A stretch of 64,000 nt of DNA from Chrysomallon squamiferum (Eukaryota; Animalia; Mollusca). The position numbers were made by a program, and so were the translations under genes. Positions 1 through 17,928 of this stretch are shown here, piece by piece; within the stretch, counting starts at the first letter, position 1; every line of letters starts with the position of its first letter. The notes below the pieces were generated by a model that did no database searches, was not told the origin of the DNA, and saw nothing but the letters and a program-made list of their open reading frames with translations. The DNA lies in the NCBI GenBank assembly GCA_012295275.1, contig CM022671.1, positions 31,434,001 through 31,498,000 on the forward strand, in the 5' to 3' direction.

Positions 1-470
1 ACAAAAAACAATATTAAATAAACAAAACAAAATAAATAAATTATAAAATGTGCACAAATGACAGTATAAAAATAATTTTCAACATAAAATATTAAATGAT
101 TTTTGAGAACAGTAAGAAGAAAATTTAATAATTATTGACAGACCAGCTAATATGTATCAAAGTTTTAAGGATGAAATTATGAACATGAAGTTATGAAAGA
201 ACGCTATCAATTTACATACACGTATCAAATGAGAACATAATGCTTCAATTATAATAAAAACGTGATAAAATATTGGATTATTTTTATAGTCTCAGTATTT
301 CACTGAAAAATTCATTGTATGATGTATGATACATACACCATCAGTTACAGCAGAAATATTGTTCAGTAACAGACATACATATTTAACCTATACAGATTTC
401 TCAGTTTAATCTGTGTTTATTATGAAAGAATTTGTGAGTTATCTTTGAAATATGACTGTTTTAAAATCAC

Positions 471-5830
<5,360 letters not shown>

Positions 5831-6382
5831 TACTTCTTCATATATTTCACTTTTGCAAAACAACAGTTGACTGGTTTAGTTACATCTGCAATATTTCGTG
5901 GTGATAACGAAAGCGCCACAAAGATAAAAATTTTAGTTTGTCTTGTGGTTTCTCCCTAGACAAATATTTCAAATTTACGATTAAACAGCGAAAATCCATT
6001 TTATATATTAATATAGTCTCACGTAATATTTTTATCTGCGTAGAAAACAAAGAAAGGCATGTAACTGGGTATTTTGACATTATGCTATTTGCGTAGACAT
6101 TCCTTATAAAGGAATTGAAAACGAAACAAACTTCTCGTTGCGTGGGGGAGAAAGAAATAAAAGAAAAAAGACACGAAACAAAAGCAAAATGAATAAATGA
6201 AATAAAATAAATCAGACTTAGGATTTTATTTAAGATTTCTCTCATGTATGAAATAGGGTAACAAACACAACAAGGACTATCTGTTTTCGAGCATCTTATA
6301 GTATTATTATCTGGAGTCTAGTAATAAATAAAGCAAAATCGTAGAAGTAGAAATATACAAAATATTTTTTTGGGATCTTCGT

Positions 6383-6485
6383 TAGTCCGAGTATCTACAG
6401 TCAGATTTTCGGAGTATATATATATATATACAATTCACATATAACAATTTAACAGCCTGTCTGAAAATCTGACTGTAGATACCCG

Positions 6486-6490
<5 letters not shown>
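6383..6490. mobile_element. Small MITE-like element with 28-bp terminal inverted repeats
   Basis: tagtccgagtatctacagtcagattttc (6383-6410) is the reverse complement of gaaaatctgactgtagatacccggacta (6463-6490) with 1 mismatch. Both ends are TA and the element abuts a (TA)n tract at 6489-6543. Confidence 0.7.
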
Positions 6491-6545
<55 letters not shown>

Positions 6546-8017
6546 CTGATCTAAGCTTACAGACATTTCAGAATTCTAGCTGAAGCAAATACAATTAATC
6601 TGGTTCATATATAAATAGGCTTGCCTGCAGATGTTTTAAAAATAAGTCATAAATTCAGGTTACGAATTAAGACTATCATAAAAACAACATCTAGAAGAAA
6701 AGTCCCACGCAACCTCGAAAAGAAACATAACCCTCACAAACTCCATCCGACAATAACTAGTAAAACAACAACAACAACAACAGGCATCGAAAAAGAATAT
6801 TTCATGTTTATACTTTTGTGAATTTTCAATACAATGTAATGATCGACCATGACCGTTACCACTATTGCAAATGTATCACTTGATCTGAGGCAGACTGTTA
6901 GTGAAGTCGTGAAATGTGCCACTGAGGAACATTTCTCGTAAAGATATATGATATATGTTATTGAATTTAAAACCGTGGACTTAACCTCATTCTGCTATGA
7001 GGAAGAAAAATGTCCCTTGACTCAGATATTTATCTCCTTGATCATGGTCGCTTAAAGGAGTACAGAACAATCCAAGATAGAGGATTCAAACAAAGGGATA
7101 TGGTAAATGAAACAGAATGGTGTAATAACTGAGCAGAAATTTTTGGATGCTTTTTCAGAACTGAGAGGTCATCAGCGGTTCGGTGTTTACGTTTTGGTAA
7201 AATTCCATACTGCAATGGAATTCAAACATCACCGATTCCTTGTAAGAATAGTGGTAACAATATATATATATATATGCATATATATGTAAAACGTGGATAT
7301 AAAAGAGAGAACGCCCATACACGCCACATATAGACATATACATCCATACACAAATACAAACACGCACACACATAAAAATGAAAATAAAAATCACATTTAT
7401 TATTATATATATATAGTTTTATTATCAAGAACATAAATGATTAAAGTGTTCTTTTTTTCTTTCTCATTCCGTTTTCATTCTGTTGTAAACTTACAGAAAC
7501 GTTTTTATTTGAAAGATAATATGCTGTACTGTTGATACTGCTACTAGTACTATTACTGCTACTGCTACTACTACTAGTAATATTACTACTACTACTGATT
7601 TTGCTATCGTATTACTATTCATGATGTAACAAGTATAAAACTGCTGCCTATTTGTAGTCCTATATATAAAAACAAGATTTTCGTTTTAAAGTAGAATCAT
7701 AAGAATTCACCAAAATGTTTTCAGAGCTGTTACATCTAACTCACATATGAATTCCAATCCAACAGAATGCTCAGTTACCATGGACCAGGGGAATCTGATT
7801 TGACTTTTTTAAAGGCTGCCATTGTGATGAAATCAAACTGGTTTTACTTGATTTAACATTAGCAGATTGGTCTAAAGAAAATTATGTATTTAGTATTATT
7901 AATACACACTTTTTAAAATAATGATTTAAAAAAGCTGTAATAAATTTGTTATACTGAGCGATATGATTCCTATTGGAAACTATTAAGTATCTTGTAGGTT
8001 ATTATTTAGTCATAACA

Positions 8018-9016
8018 TCAAACGAACGACAGACCAGACTTTTCAGATACAAATGGAGAAGTCATTTCAGTCGATTCGGAATTACTTCTCCGTCTCACTG
8101 GAACAGATGTACTCTTTCTGGGCAGAGTCTGCGATTCTGGGTCGGAAGAAATTTCTGCGTGTTTTACATCAGTGTTTTGTCCAGTCACTGCAGAGTTAGT
8201 CACCGAAGGTGGCGACATTGGTGTCAAACCCTGAACATTAATTTCTGGTTCATAGACAGGGTGTATGTAATTTCCAATGTCATCGCCAGGGTTTGTGCAA
8301 GTTCCAGCATTATCCCCTGAAGAAAATTCTTGACAATCCTCTGGAACCGCGTTCAAACGCTGGCGCATCTCTAACTGAAACCGGTCTTCCACTAACATGC
8401 CAGTACCAAGTGAAACTGTTGCTGGTAAAGATGAAATATTCCTCATGTCTTCCTGTAAAGTATTTGCTTGTTGAATATTAGCGTGGACACTGCTGCTGGA
8501 AGTGTGAGTTGTAGATCCACTGGTGGCGCTGCTGCTAGTAGTTTTCGATTCTTGAGAAGACGTGCAACATGGTACAGGATTAGAACAAATGACCTGTAGA
8601 TCAGAGGCCTCTCTAGAACGTGGATGAGTTGATGGATTCAGTTCCGTATAAGTATTTTCATAATCTGTAATAAAAGAAAAGAAACGAAACCCAATTAATA
8701 TATCCTGAATTCAATGACACGCTAATATGAAACAGTAATACATCATAATTCAATAATACACCAATATCAGACATTAATACGAGATTATAGAGTAAGCGGG
8801 TATACAGTTTTACAATTACTCAGTTTGTTAGTGTATCAGATTACAGTTCAAACCTACCCCTCCTCCCCCCAAAAAAAAAGAAAGAAAGAAAGAAGATACT
8901 ATTAAATGCGAAATCAAATAATTCATTACCGACTAACATTTCTCGCACCAAGAAATAAAAGAAAGACATAAATATTCGCTTTCGCATATACATAAATTCA
9001 TCCAGTCTCTCTTTCT

Positions 9017-9064
<48 letters not shown>

Positions 9065-11264
9065 TATAGACACCCCAAAACAAATTAGCTTTATTATAAA
9101 CAAAATTCTGCCACCGATTAATTCAACGCAATCACATGGACTTACTTTGTTTTCGGCGACTTAATTTCCTCCTGATGAAAAAGAAGGCTCCGATGGCCAG
9201 AAACACAAGTGCGATAAAACAGAAAACTGCTAACACTATCACCACAGGCTCAAGTTCTTCCGAACTTTTACCTCCTTGTGTTATAGAAGTTGAATTATCT
9301 TTTGACTGGCGATCAGAACATACGCGACACTGCGGAAAGTATTTACAGGATGAGTCGAGGTGATACCCAGTGTTTCCAAGAACGTCGTAAAGTTTAATTC
9401 TTTCATTTTGTAAACGAAGTCCATTTTCTTCACTGAAGCTTCCAACCTATGAAAGTGACAGAACTGTTTAAGATTACAGTAAATATAATTACTGATACTT
9501 TCATGAAAATATAACTGAGTATTATCATTTTAATATTATTTGATTTCTTTTAAAATGATTATGCATGTATATAGACAAAATAGTTACGTAAATAAAACGA
9601 TTCTGAATAAAATGGTGAATTTTTTCATCGAATAATTTATTATTATTATTTTTTTTAATTTATTTTACTAATTAATAGAGACCTATGACGGATTTCTTAA
9701 AAGTTATACAACCTCACTACGGTACTGATTGGTACTAGAATGGATAACAGAAGGATACTTTACCGATACGTAAGCATATGAACCGTCATTTTCATTTCGC
9801 TGAATGTTGTTGATAACGAATCCAACGTTGCCGTTTCCTCCGTCAGTGAAGAGTCTGGTTCCATCTTTAAGATTCACATTTTTAATATTTTCGAACATAA
9901 ATTCATTAGTGAGAGCGTCGCACGGCCAAATCGCACTTTGACAGGAAAGCTTAGATTTTGCGTTTCTGAAACCATATCCTACTCCATAAACGGCTTCGAT
10001 AACTCGAAGAGTCAAATCTTCAGTTAAGATTCGGTCGACATCTTGTGAATCAAGTGTAAGATTCAATGAACACTGCTTATTAAAAGTGTTGTCGAAACCC
10101 TGTGGAAGATTGCATTCAAAGTTACCTTGCCAGAAGTGTCCTAGCCAGGGATTTTCGGACATGTTGGCAGTGCTCCATGTTAGCATATCACTTTGCAATT
10201 GCTTGTTGGGTTTCTTAATGACATCAACAACCAAAGTGAAAGATCCACGAACAACTTTACCACGTCTGCCTTTGAGGACATCCGAATTCGTACCCCAAGC
10301 CTCACTTCCTATAAATATTAACGGTTCTTTACGATCTTCCATCGTATCCAGAAGATCAGACATTATGGATGCTATCCCAAAGTACACAACAACTTTTGCT
10401 CCAGACAGTGTGATACTTGTGATAACGTCAACACGTTTGTTCCAGTCAGCACCAGCATATATTTCTTGAGAAACACCAACACAAATGCCTCGTTGTTCTG
10501 CCAACATTTTGAACTGTCCAATACCTTTTCGTCCGTAGTTGTTATTTATATTTAAAGTGGCTACATAAGTAACTCCCAAGGCCTTAACTAACTCGACCAT
10601 TGCTTTCACCTGTACATTATCACTGGGAACAGTACGCAGAAAGAGAGGATACGTCACTTTATCATCGAGGACTGCAGAAGTTGCGCCATACGATACTAAA
10701 GGAATGAGTTTGGTTTGTAACGTCTGCACTGCACTGAGGGTGACACTGCTGGACTGTGCACCCACGGCTGCAGCAATTCTGTTCACATCTATCTCCTCTT
10801 TAGTGCGAGGATCTTTCAAAGGAACCTTTCCGCTGAGAATGGAATTAAGGAGAAAGCTGGCTCTCAGAGGATTGTAGCAGTCGTCAAGGGCTATGACCCC
10901 GAAATTGATTCCAGTTTCATCTTTCAAGACATGTACGGCGCTGAGGAAAGCTAGCAGAGCGTGCAGTCCCCTCTGACTGTATGTCTCGCTACACAGGAAA
11001 TTGTGACTGCTGTGAGGTCTGTGAAGAGAAAACAGTCCAAGCAAGAGAATGTCGCCAGGGATGTAAGCAAACGGAACTTCTGGAGTTTTTCGACATTCTT
11101 TGCATACCTGTTTACAAGCCGAAGTAGGTAAGGTTCCAGTCGTTCTCAACTGTGTCATTAGAGTCTTGTTCAGACTCAGTTTATCACCAGTGTAATTTCC
11201 AATCTGTGAATACATATATAAATAGTAGTAGTAATTGTAGTAATAGTAGTATATATATATATAA

Positions 11265-11299
<35 letters not shown>

Positions 11300-14200
11300 T
11301 TAATAATAGTAGTTATATTGGTAACAGTAGAAGTTATTGTAGTAGCGGTACTAGTAGTAGCAGAAAGTGTTGTCGTAGTTTCTCAAACTAAATTTATTCC
11401 CCACAAGAAACAACAAACCCCCAACAATAAACGATAAAAAAACTTAAAACATACGTATGTAATGTGTCAAAATATATTTACCTGATGAAAATGTCCACCC
11501 GAAGCTTGGTAAACACTGTAGAGAGGATAGTTGATTGCAAGCAGATCACCAGTGCTAGTCACGTTCAATATTCTGTTATTGTCGAAGAACAACTCGGGAA
11601 CCATTTCTCTGCTAAGATCTGCATATTCAAACCGTTCTGGTCTTTTATCAGGATATATTCCTTCATTTATTTTTTGGAAAAATTCTGGACACGAGACATT
11701 CTGCGCACCACACGTATCCCTGAACACAGTTTTGGCAATGTTTGCTAGCACGTAAGTGGCATCAAACGCGGACGTCACATAATCGTACATTGAGAACTTT
11801 GTCTCTACATTCAGGCTGGCTGCACAGGCCGGCAGATTTACGTTCGTAGTTCCTGCGGGAGAGCATTTGAAAATTCGTTCAATGTATTCAGAGATCCACG
11901 AACCCCACTTCTGTTTCACAGCAACGTCCCCAGCGTGGTTGAGAACGTCAACTATGTTGTCCCGAACATCGCTTAACAATGCTCCAGGCGGTGATATAAC
12001 AATAACCATGTTTTTATAAGGCTTTAATTCCAAGGCTAGCTCAGGATCCCTGCCAACGCCGTCTGTCATGATCCAGTGGATATTGTGGACTTTATCTTTT
12101 TCCGGACCCCACGTTGACGATTTTTCTGTGACAGTTCGATACAAAAGAGTCGCCTCTTTATTGAAACCGTAGTAAACACCCCCAACATTTTCGTCTAATG
12201 CTGTTTCCAGGTCAATGAAGAGAGTTCTAATAAAATTTTCCAAACTTTCTCGAACATCTTTATCGTTCCTTCTGACCACGAAAGTCTTGAATATGCAGAT
12301 ACCTGACTCTTCGGCGAGCTGTCGAAAGAGTTGAAAACCTTCGCTGCCATATTTGTCATCAGTGTGCACGCCAACGATATAGCTCCATTTGAGACTCTTA
12401 ACAATGTCCAGAATTACCTGGTAACAGGAGAAAAACCAAAAAACATTTTTGAATATCATTGTTAATAAATAGTATGGCGGGTACATTTCTCTTTACACAC
12501 ATTTGCCCATGCTACCATACACTTGTACACATACAAACAACACAGGCAGATACAAAACACACATACACGTACAAACATACTATATTCATACACAATTACG
12601 AACACACACACATATGCAGGCACAAAATGCATCCTAAAACAAAACCCAGCATATTTAGTGGGAACGAAGAGGTGAAATGTGGAGTAAATCAAATCAAACT
12701 GGATGCCTGAGGCCAGGCCGTCCGACGAAGGCTGAAGTTCCTCAGGTAGTTCGTCTTGCAGAAGCTGAAACGACTCAGTAACATCAGCAAGTGGCAACAA
12801 TGCTAAAGCTGGTAGCATCCGCACTGAGAGAGAAAAGCTGCATCTGTTGCGTAGTGCTCTTGCAATCCAGAAGCTTGCACATGACGATACAAACACCGAG
12901 TGAGGATATAAAATATCAGTGAGGTGGTAGAGGCAAACCTGCAGTTCAGTGTTTGTAAACTTAACACTGACGGCGTTGAGAGCAGCCACCTTGAGTATGG
13001 TTTCAGGGCTGTGCTTGTCAGTTAGTACCCCTCTGGGATGCAAAGATCTACGGCAGTTTGTATCACTGGTAGTGGATCATTTCATTAATACAAAGCCATT
13101 AATACATATATCGTTGAAGGCCCAATATTCGTGACATGCACGAGACATGTAGCTGTGAGTGGTCAAGGTGAAGATTGTGGCTTGTTGACATGAACCTTGG
13201 AACAACACGCGGTTTAAATAGTTATCTTTTTTCACTGTTCACAAATTTAAGCAATGTTTGACCCCTTCAAAAACCTTATTAATGACCCAGATATTAAACC
13301 TTTTTATATTGTCTGCTGCCTTATTATTTATAGTTCACGGTGACTCCGTAAACTGTTAAGGCCAAGGCTATTGCTGTTTACAATATATATTCGCATAATG
13401 AAGATTTAAGACATATAAAATGTGTCAAAATGTTAAAAAAAAAAAAAAAAAAAAATCTATAAATATTTACCTTCAGAACTTTCTTATAGGCCGTTAGCAA
13501 GGATTTGTTGTACTGCTTCCATTGACTCTACAGCCTTGCATTTCACAGAAGCTCTAACGTGTAACACTTCAGCTCTACCCACAACAGATGTACGAGTATG
13601 TTCATTGGTATTAGTAGTGACTGCTCCATTCACACATTTAACTTTGCATTTTCCACTATTATATTATTATTATTTTTTTTTACAATATATAGCACTTACT
13701 GAAGCTGAGCAGTTAACAGTGTTGGTGTTTTTTATTCAGTTACTCGGAGATTAAAGAGAACGATACTCAAACTATAAGCCAGTGTATTTGACAGTTAAAA
13801 TAGATAGGAAGGGGGGAATTGTTACCGGGGGAAATGACCTGTGGGGAAAATCACATGGGGGAAATATCCGGGGGGAACATCCGATACCGTATTTTATATT
13901 ATAGAAAAACAAATGGGTGACTTTTTTAACGAAAACTTTATATGAATTGGGATTGGGATACATATGGATAGAGTAGGACCAGATTAATGAAAATATGAAC
14001 AATTATTTGTGCATAATTAAGCTAATAATATAAGACCAAGCAAGGCAGAATCTTTCAATTCAGCTAAATACATTACAGATGGTGTAACAATTCAGTTTTA
14101 TTTAGTTAAATCTATACCAATAATTAATAAAATGTACATAACAAAAGTGAAGCTATCTGCACATCAGCTGACAACTGAGACTGGGAGAAATATGAATACT

Positions 14201-15037
14201 GAGCGAGCAGAAAGAATATGTATGTTATGTAACAGTGGTGAGATTGAAGATGAGACTGAAAATAAGATTTACAAAAACCTGTTGTCAAAACATCTGTTAT
14301 AGAATGTTAGTCGATGGTCATCATACATATACTGAACCAAAACAACATTCCTGATAAGAGCACTGAAATTTTACACTGTGACAAGCTTAAACAATATATT
14401 TTTTAAGTATTTCATTGTAGAAAGTTTTGATTAGTTAGATATATTTTATATGCTATATTATTTATATTCTCCAAAGTTTTTCTCTTTCTTGTCTCTATTT
14501 GTACTTCTTTCATTTTGTATTGACATTGTATATCAATAAACTGTAAAGCTTACGATAATAAAGAACAGATATAAACAACGCATTAAGTCCATTTGACTGA
14601 TTGCCTGAACTGCTATCAGGCAGAGTGTCAAACAACACCAACCAAATTCCAGTCATCTGGCCTTATTCCTGGAAATTGTAGTCATAAGGTCTAATGTCTG
14701 CCGGTTTTGGGCGTTAGGCTAAATGCTTAAACGTTTCAGGCATTAGGCCAAATGACTAGTTTGACTTACTGACTGTAACATCTACACACACACATAAACA
14801 TATATACACATACCTTGCTCTGCAAGGCATCAGTCGGAATTGTACTGATGTAGTTTGGATACAGAGTTTTGTTTGTCAATTCTCGCATGGTGGCAGATAC
14901 GCCTATCATCGGAAGATGACTGGTACTCAACATGTCCGCCACAGCAGCCGTCGTCTGGCTGACAGTCGTTCCGATTATTCCTGAAAAGCAGACGAACATC
15001 GGAAGAATAAAAATTAACGTTTTATTAATAAAGTTAT

Positions 15038-15068
<31 letters not shown>

Positions 15069-16050
15069 GTAAGTTTTTTTTTTTTTTTTTTTTACTATAG
15101 ATGGGATGAAAAAAATCTGATCAGTCAGCAGCGAAGATAATTTTGGTTGTTTTTTAATTGTTTTATATTATATAAATTTTATTCTATTTTATTTAAATTT
15201 TATATTTTTACATAAATCTTCTAATGGTCAATCAATGAACCACACACACACACACACACATATTTATGCATGTATGTGTGTGTGTATGTGTGTGTGTATG
15301 TGTGTGTGTGTATGTGTGTGTTTATATATGCAGAGACAGTAAAAAACAAACAGCAAGAGAGAGATAGAGAGATAAACAGACGGAGATATAAATATTTGAA
15401 CGAACAAAGAAAACTAACGTTTTAAGATTTTTATTTATAGGTGACCTACTCTAGTGGTATAGATTTACAAAAACCTGTTGTCAAAACATCTGTTATAGAA
15501 TATTAGTCGATAGTCATCATACATTTACAGAACCACAACAGCACTGCTGACAAGAGCATTGAAATTTTACACTGTGACAAGCTTAAACAATATTTATAAC
15601 GATATAAATACTTTTGAACAAACCAAGAATTTTTTTTTACAAAAAAAAAATGTTTTATGGGTCATTTTAGTGATATATTTTTACAAGAACTGGATGCAGT
15701 TGTTTAGACAAAAAGTGTTACGGTCAAAGATTTCATTTAAACCAAAACTTCGAAAGATGAGAAAATTAAACATTATAAAGAAAGAAGAAAATAAAATAAC
15801 AATAATGTACATAAAAAAAAAAAATGAAATAAATGATAATACAATAAACCAAGATAATCTAAATAAAATCATAAAAATGAAAAGAAATGAAGCGAAATAA
15901 TTATAAGATAAAACAAAATAATGTAAAATAAAATAAAATAAAATAAAATAATATAATATAAAATTAAATTAATTTATATAAATATAATTGAAATAAAATA
16001 AAATAAAAAAAATAAATGAATAAATAAATAAACAAATACCATTAAAACAA

Positions 16051-16087
<37 letters not shown>

Positions 16088-16967
16088 AACAGAAAGCAGC
16101 AACAATAACAACAAAATATTAAAAAACTTCAACAACAAAAAAACCACTAACCACAACAAAAAAACCCATATTTTTAAATCGAAATTTTTATACTTTGACA
16201 AGCTTAAATAAAATTTGAACGAACAAAGAAAACATATTTAAAAAGTAATTTATTTTTATGAGTGACCGATTCTACTGATATACGTTTACAAAGTGCTGTT
16301 TGTCAAAAGATTTTCCTCATGAATGTCTTGTACGAAGATTACTTAGAAGTCTGTAGACGATTTAATCATATCTTTAAACATACAATTTAATTATTTCACT
16401 CTCTACTTACCAGCAATTGGCGTTTGCAGAGTTTGATTGCAGCTGCCATCCCAGATTCTGAAAAGGTTTTGCAGGGCAGTACGTTTCAAACCACAGTCAT
16501 CATATATCTTGTATCCTGTCATGAAAGTATAGTATGAAAATTTGTGTGTCTAGATATGTTTGTATGCATATGTGTATGTCGATACTTATGTGTTTGTATT
16601 TGTTTGCTTGAATGTCTAAATCTGTATTTTTGTCAACAAAATAACACAAAACTAACAAAACAAACATTATACAGAAGATTACTGACAACTCACCAATCTG
16701 AATTCCAGGTATAAACGACTTATTGGGATTGCCGTTTCCATTCAGCTTGTTTATTGCCCAGTCTATGGAAACAGCGTTCTGAATCTCGGTACTCGAGATC
16801 GAACCGCATAAACCACCGTCCGGCTCATGTATTTCCAGAATGTAAATAAAGTAGATGTCGCCTGCAACAGATTTTGGTTCCGATTCACAGAACAAGAGAG
16901 AACCTTTGGTATTTACAAACAAACACAATGAAATACTCAGTAAAATACTGATATACTCCATGGCCAT
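8018..16967 (-). CDS. Receptor A: tandem Venus-flytrap (mGluR/CaSR-like ANF_receptor x2) single-pass type I membrane protein, about 1289 aa
   Basis: Seven GT-AG exons with compatible phases, total 3870 nt ending in TGA: 16967-16694 (signal peptide MAMEYISILLSISLCLFVNTKG..FIPGIQIG), 16515-16411 (YKIYDDCG), 14980-14814 (IIGTTVSQ..GVSATM..STIPTDALQ), 12417-11482 (LKWSYI..DDKYG..ICI..WIMTDGVG), 11203-9764 (PTSACKQVCKEC + second VFT: PGDILLLGLF, DDC, GAQSSSV, SYGATS, FLRTVPSD, NNYG, GSEAWG, NPWL), 9446-9146 (SSCKYFPQCRVC + TM VVIVLAVFCFIALVFLAIGAFFFI + RRK), 8664-8018 (S/T/P-rich tail ending GLSFV). Confidence 0.9.
12706..13890 (-). mobile_element. Decayed Mutator-like (MULE, FLYWCH-type) DNA transposon in intron 3 of receptor A
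   Basis: ORF 13043-12462 contains PETILKVAALNAVSVKFTNTELQVCLYHL..FSLSVRMLPALALLPLADVTESFQLL, resembling the MULE transposase segment P..(DFE).AA.NA...GC.FH..VRML.ALAF.P..DV. ~13650-13480 reads KCKVKCVNGAVTTNTNEHT..AEVLHVRASVKCKAVESMEAVQQIL (FLYWCH end plus following helix). G-rich subrepeats (ggggggaatt/gggggaaat) at 13811-13890 resemble a MULE terminal repeat. Family recognised from memory, not by search. Confidence 0.65.
14090..14260 (+). mobile_element. Non-LTR retrotransposon (LINE) ORF2 C-terminal remnant
   Basis: 14141-14260 translates TKVKLSAHQLTTETGRNMNTERAERICMLCNSGEIEDE, matching the R.S.H.L.IETGR...R..R.C..C....EDE zinc-knuckle tail common in invertebrate LINEs. Confidence 0.75.
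14265..16310 (+). repeat. ~130-200 bp local dispersed repeat, three copies around exon 3 of receptor A
   Basis: agatttacaaaaacctgttgtcaaaacatctgttatagaat...gaaattttacactgtgacaagcttaaacaatat occurs at ~14265-14397 and ~15461-15593; a more diverged copy lies at ~16180-16310. Confidence 0.85.
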
Positions 16968-17868
16968 TGTCAGATCACTGAAATTTATGACGATTTTTTT
17001 TTTTTTCTGAAATAATTATTGAATAATGATGTTAGGCTAATCTCCGTCAGAAAGAACCAGATGAGACATTGAACTACAGGCTAGGTCAGATATCCGGTTT
17101 ATTCAACAAAAACAGTGTGAGTATATAGTTCAATACGCTGTGTCCATCAGGATTTTTTTTTTTATCCTCTACCACAATTAGAAACAGAAGGAGGAAAATA
17201 GTAAAGCAAACAAGAGGAAGTGGACAAAAACAAAATTCCACTCGGAGTAGAAAATACCCCCGGAAGAAAACCAGTCACCGTAACATTTTAGTGGATTTTT
17301 TTCTTTTTTTTTTTTTCTTCTTATATTCATTTCAGTCCCTCCGTTGTCCGAATTTTCACCACGTAATCCGTGTAGCAGAAATATTCACGTAAATGTGACA
17401 TGATTCACTGAAAAGTCACGCCTGTAAGAAAAAAGTATTATGTCGTCGTGAAGCTGTTAATGGTCTAAACGTACAACCGATATCCAAATGTACACACGTA
17501 AAGTAAGGTATGCCGTCTTGTTTGGTCACGTGATAAGGTGCAGTAAGAAGTCCGGGAGCAATGAACCGTTGCGTTTTTGAGTCAATACAGTTCCGTTTTG
17601 GGGGCGTTCCTTATGTATCATGAAAAACAATGTATTTTCGATTAGCCAAGTATTTCAAGAAAAGAAAGAAAAAAAAAAAAAAGAAAATTGATTGGGTCTC
17701 AATGATTTTTCTATTTTCTAAATTGAAAATTTAACTGCTTTATAATTAAGGAGATGCTCAAAGTGAAGTAAATAAATAAATAATTTAAAATAAAATAAAA
17801 TATTAAATAAAATCTCTCTAGAACGCATCTTACTTTAAAGTATAAAAGTAAATCTTTGTTTATTTATT

Positions 17869-17928
<60 letters not shown>

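Noticed and set aside
5880-6245. 121-aa minus-strand ORF as muskelin exon 1
   Set aside because: No similarity to the muskelin N-terminus (..HKWSSFSSTYLP) and composition looks non-coding.
6600-8017. Possible 7TM exons downstream of receptor A (and 24500-26858 downstream of B) that would make these ordinary class C GPCRs
   Set aside because: No multi-helix ORF or 7tm_3 motifs are visible. Each gene already has a TM, basic stop-transfer, in-frame tail exon and stop.
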